Under the pieces are notes generated by a model. That model had not been told where the DNA came from and did not search any database. It saw nothing but the letters and a program-made list of their open reading frames with translations. This document shows, in pieces, positions 63,585-64,000 of a stretch of 64,000 nucleotides of DNA. Source of the stretch: an uncultured bacterium (GTDB taxonomy: Bacteria; Hydrothermota; UBA3072); NCBI GenBank assembly GCA_964606065.1, contig CAZSEX010000001.1:112429-176428 (forward strand), read 5' to 3'. Position 1 is the first letter of the stretch; each line of letters begins with the position of its first letter. A program made the position numbers and the translations under genes.

Positions 63585-64000
63585 CTAATTACCTCCAAAA
63601 ATAAAGTTTTCCGGGTCTAAATTAACATTTTCTTTTTTTACCTCATAATAAAGATATGGATAGGGAGCTCTTCCTGATTGCCCGACGTGGCCTATCACAG
63701 TACCTCTTTTTACGGTTTCTCCTGTTTTGACAGTGTAATTAAACAGATGAGCGTAAGAGCTTACAAAACCGCAGGAATGTGAAATTTCAACAAAAAGACC
63801 TTTACCTTTTTCGTTCCCCACCTGTTTTACTACTCCATCACCGGTTGAAACCACAGGAGCGTTCAATACCGCCAGAATGCTTATTCCCTTATGAGGTTTT
63901 TTCTTACCAGTATAGGGATCTACCTGTTCTCCAAATTTACGCATAATACGTCCTTTTACCGGAATTATAGATGGTATAGAACTCAAAACAGAATGATTTA
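63585..64000 (-). CDS. LytM/M23-domain protein with degenerate active site (probable amidase activator, NlpD/EnvC-like); N-terminus outside the window or ATG 63986
   Basis: HKGISILA (Asp of HxGxD replaced by Ser), GHVGQSGRAPYPYLYYEV (HLH replaced by YLY). Confidence 0.55.
   Translation of the reverse strand, partial: NHSVLSSIPSIIPVKGRIMRKFGEQVDPYTGKKKPHKGISILAVLNAPVVSTGDGVVKQVGNEKGKGLFVEISHSCGFVSSYAHLFNYTVKTGETVKRGTVIGHVGQSGRAPYPYLYYEVKKENVNLDPENFIFGGN

Noticed and set aside
63585-63800. TPP riboswitch expected upstream of thiC
   Set aside because: No CTGAGA / GGGGTGCCC-type TPP aptamer core is visible. The region encodes an in-frame LytM-domain protein ending 1 nt before thiC.
1-64000. tRNA, rRNA, tmRNA, RNase P and SRP RNA genes
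   Set aside because: I scanned intergenic regions for the conserved cores (GGTTCGAATCC-like T-arms, GGGGCTGATTCTGGATTCGAC, GGAAAGTCCGGGCTCC, 4.5S domain IV) and found none. Intergenic regions are short except those described above.

Overview
This 64 kb window is bacterial chromosome from an AT-rich organism with a Gram-negative-type (diderm) envelope. Support for that call is the presence of lpxC-fabZ-lpxA, lnt, many lipoprotein signal peptides and an outer-membrane-barrel-like protein. Most of the window is densely packed housekeeping genes: metG, holB-yaaT/ricT, era, purN, purF, thiC, cca, uppP, xseB-ispA-dxs, deoC, trxB/glutaredoxin/mrp and sufCB. There is a P-type cation ATPase and a PPi-type phosphofructokinase. 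Three M23/LytM proteins are present, two of them with degenerate active sites (EnvC-like). No rRNA, tRNA, CRISPR array, transposase or integrase was recognised. The least ordinary content is regulatory and repetitive. (1) An RpoE-like ECF sigma/anti-sigma operon, with a self-consistent promoter motif (GGAACTAAA, 18 nt, TCTAA) found three times: in front of the sigma gene, of a secreted serpin lipoprotein, and of a hypothetical lipoprotein. (2) A 146-bp, about 96 percent identical inverted-repeat pair bracketing a 6.25 kb block (aspartokinase, PPi-PFK, decayed glutaredoxin, rubrerythrin-like, MBL hydrolase, sufCB), with shorter copies upstream of era and in two other intergenic regions. (3) A 74-bp tandem double-hairpin repeat, with a solo copy 5 kb away. 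(4) A highly structured 150-nt intergenic element at 49.4 kb with related motifs at 57.9 kb. (5) Several promoters of TTGACA-N16/17-minus10 type abutting the ATG, suggesting leaderless mRNAs. (6) A PurF whose N-terminal nucleophile Cys is Gly. There are also three decayed or frameshifted genes (aminotransferase, NapH-like 4Fe-4S protein, glutaredoxin). I found no convincing novel multi-gene system such as a defence island. All calls come from reading the sequence and translations without any database search.
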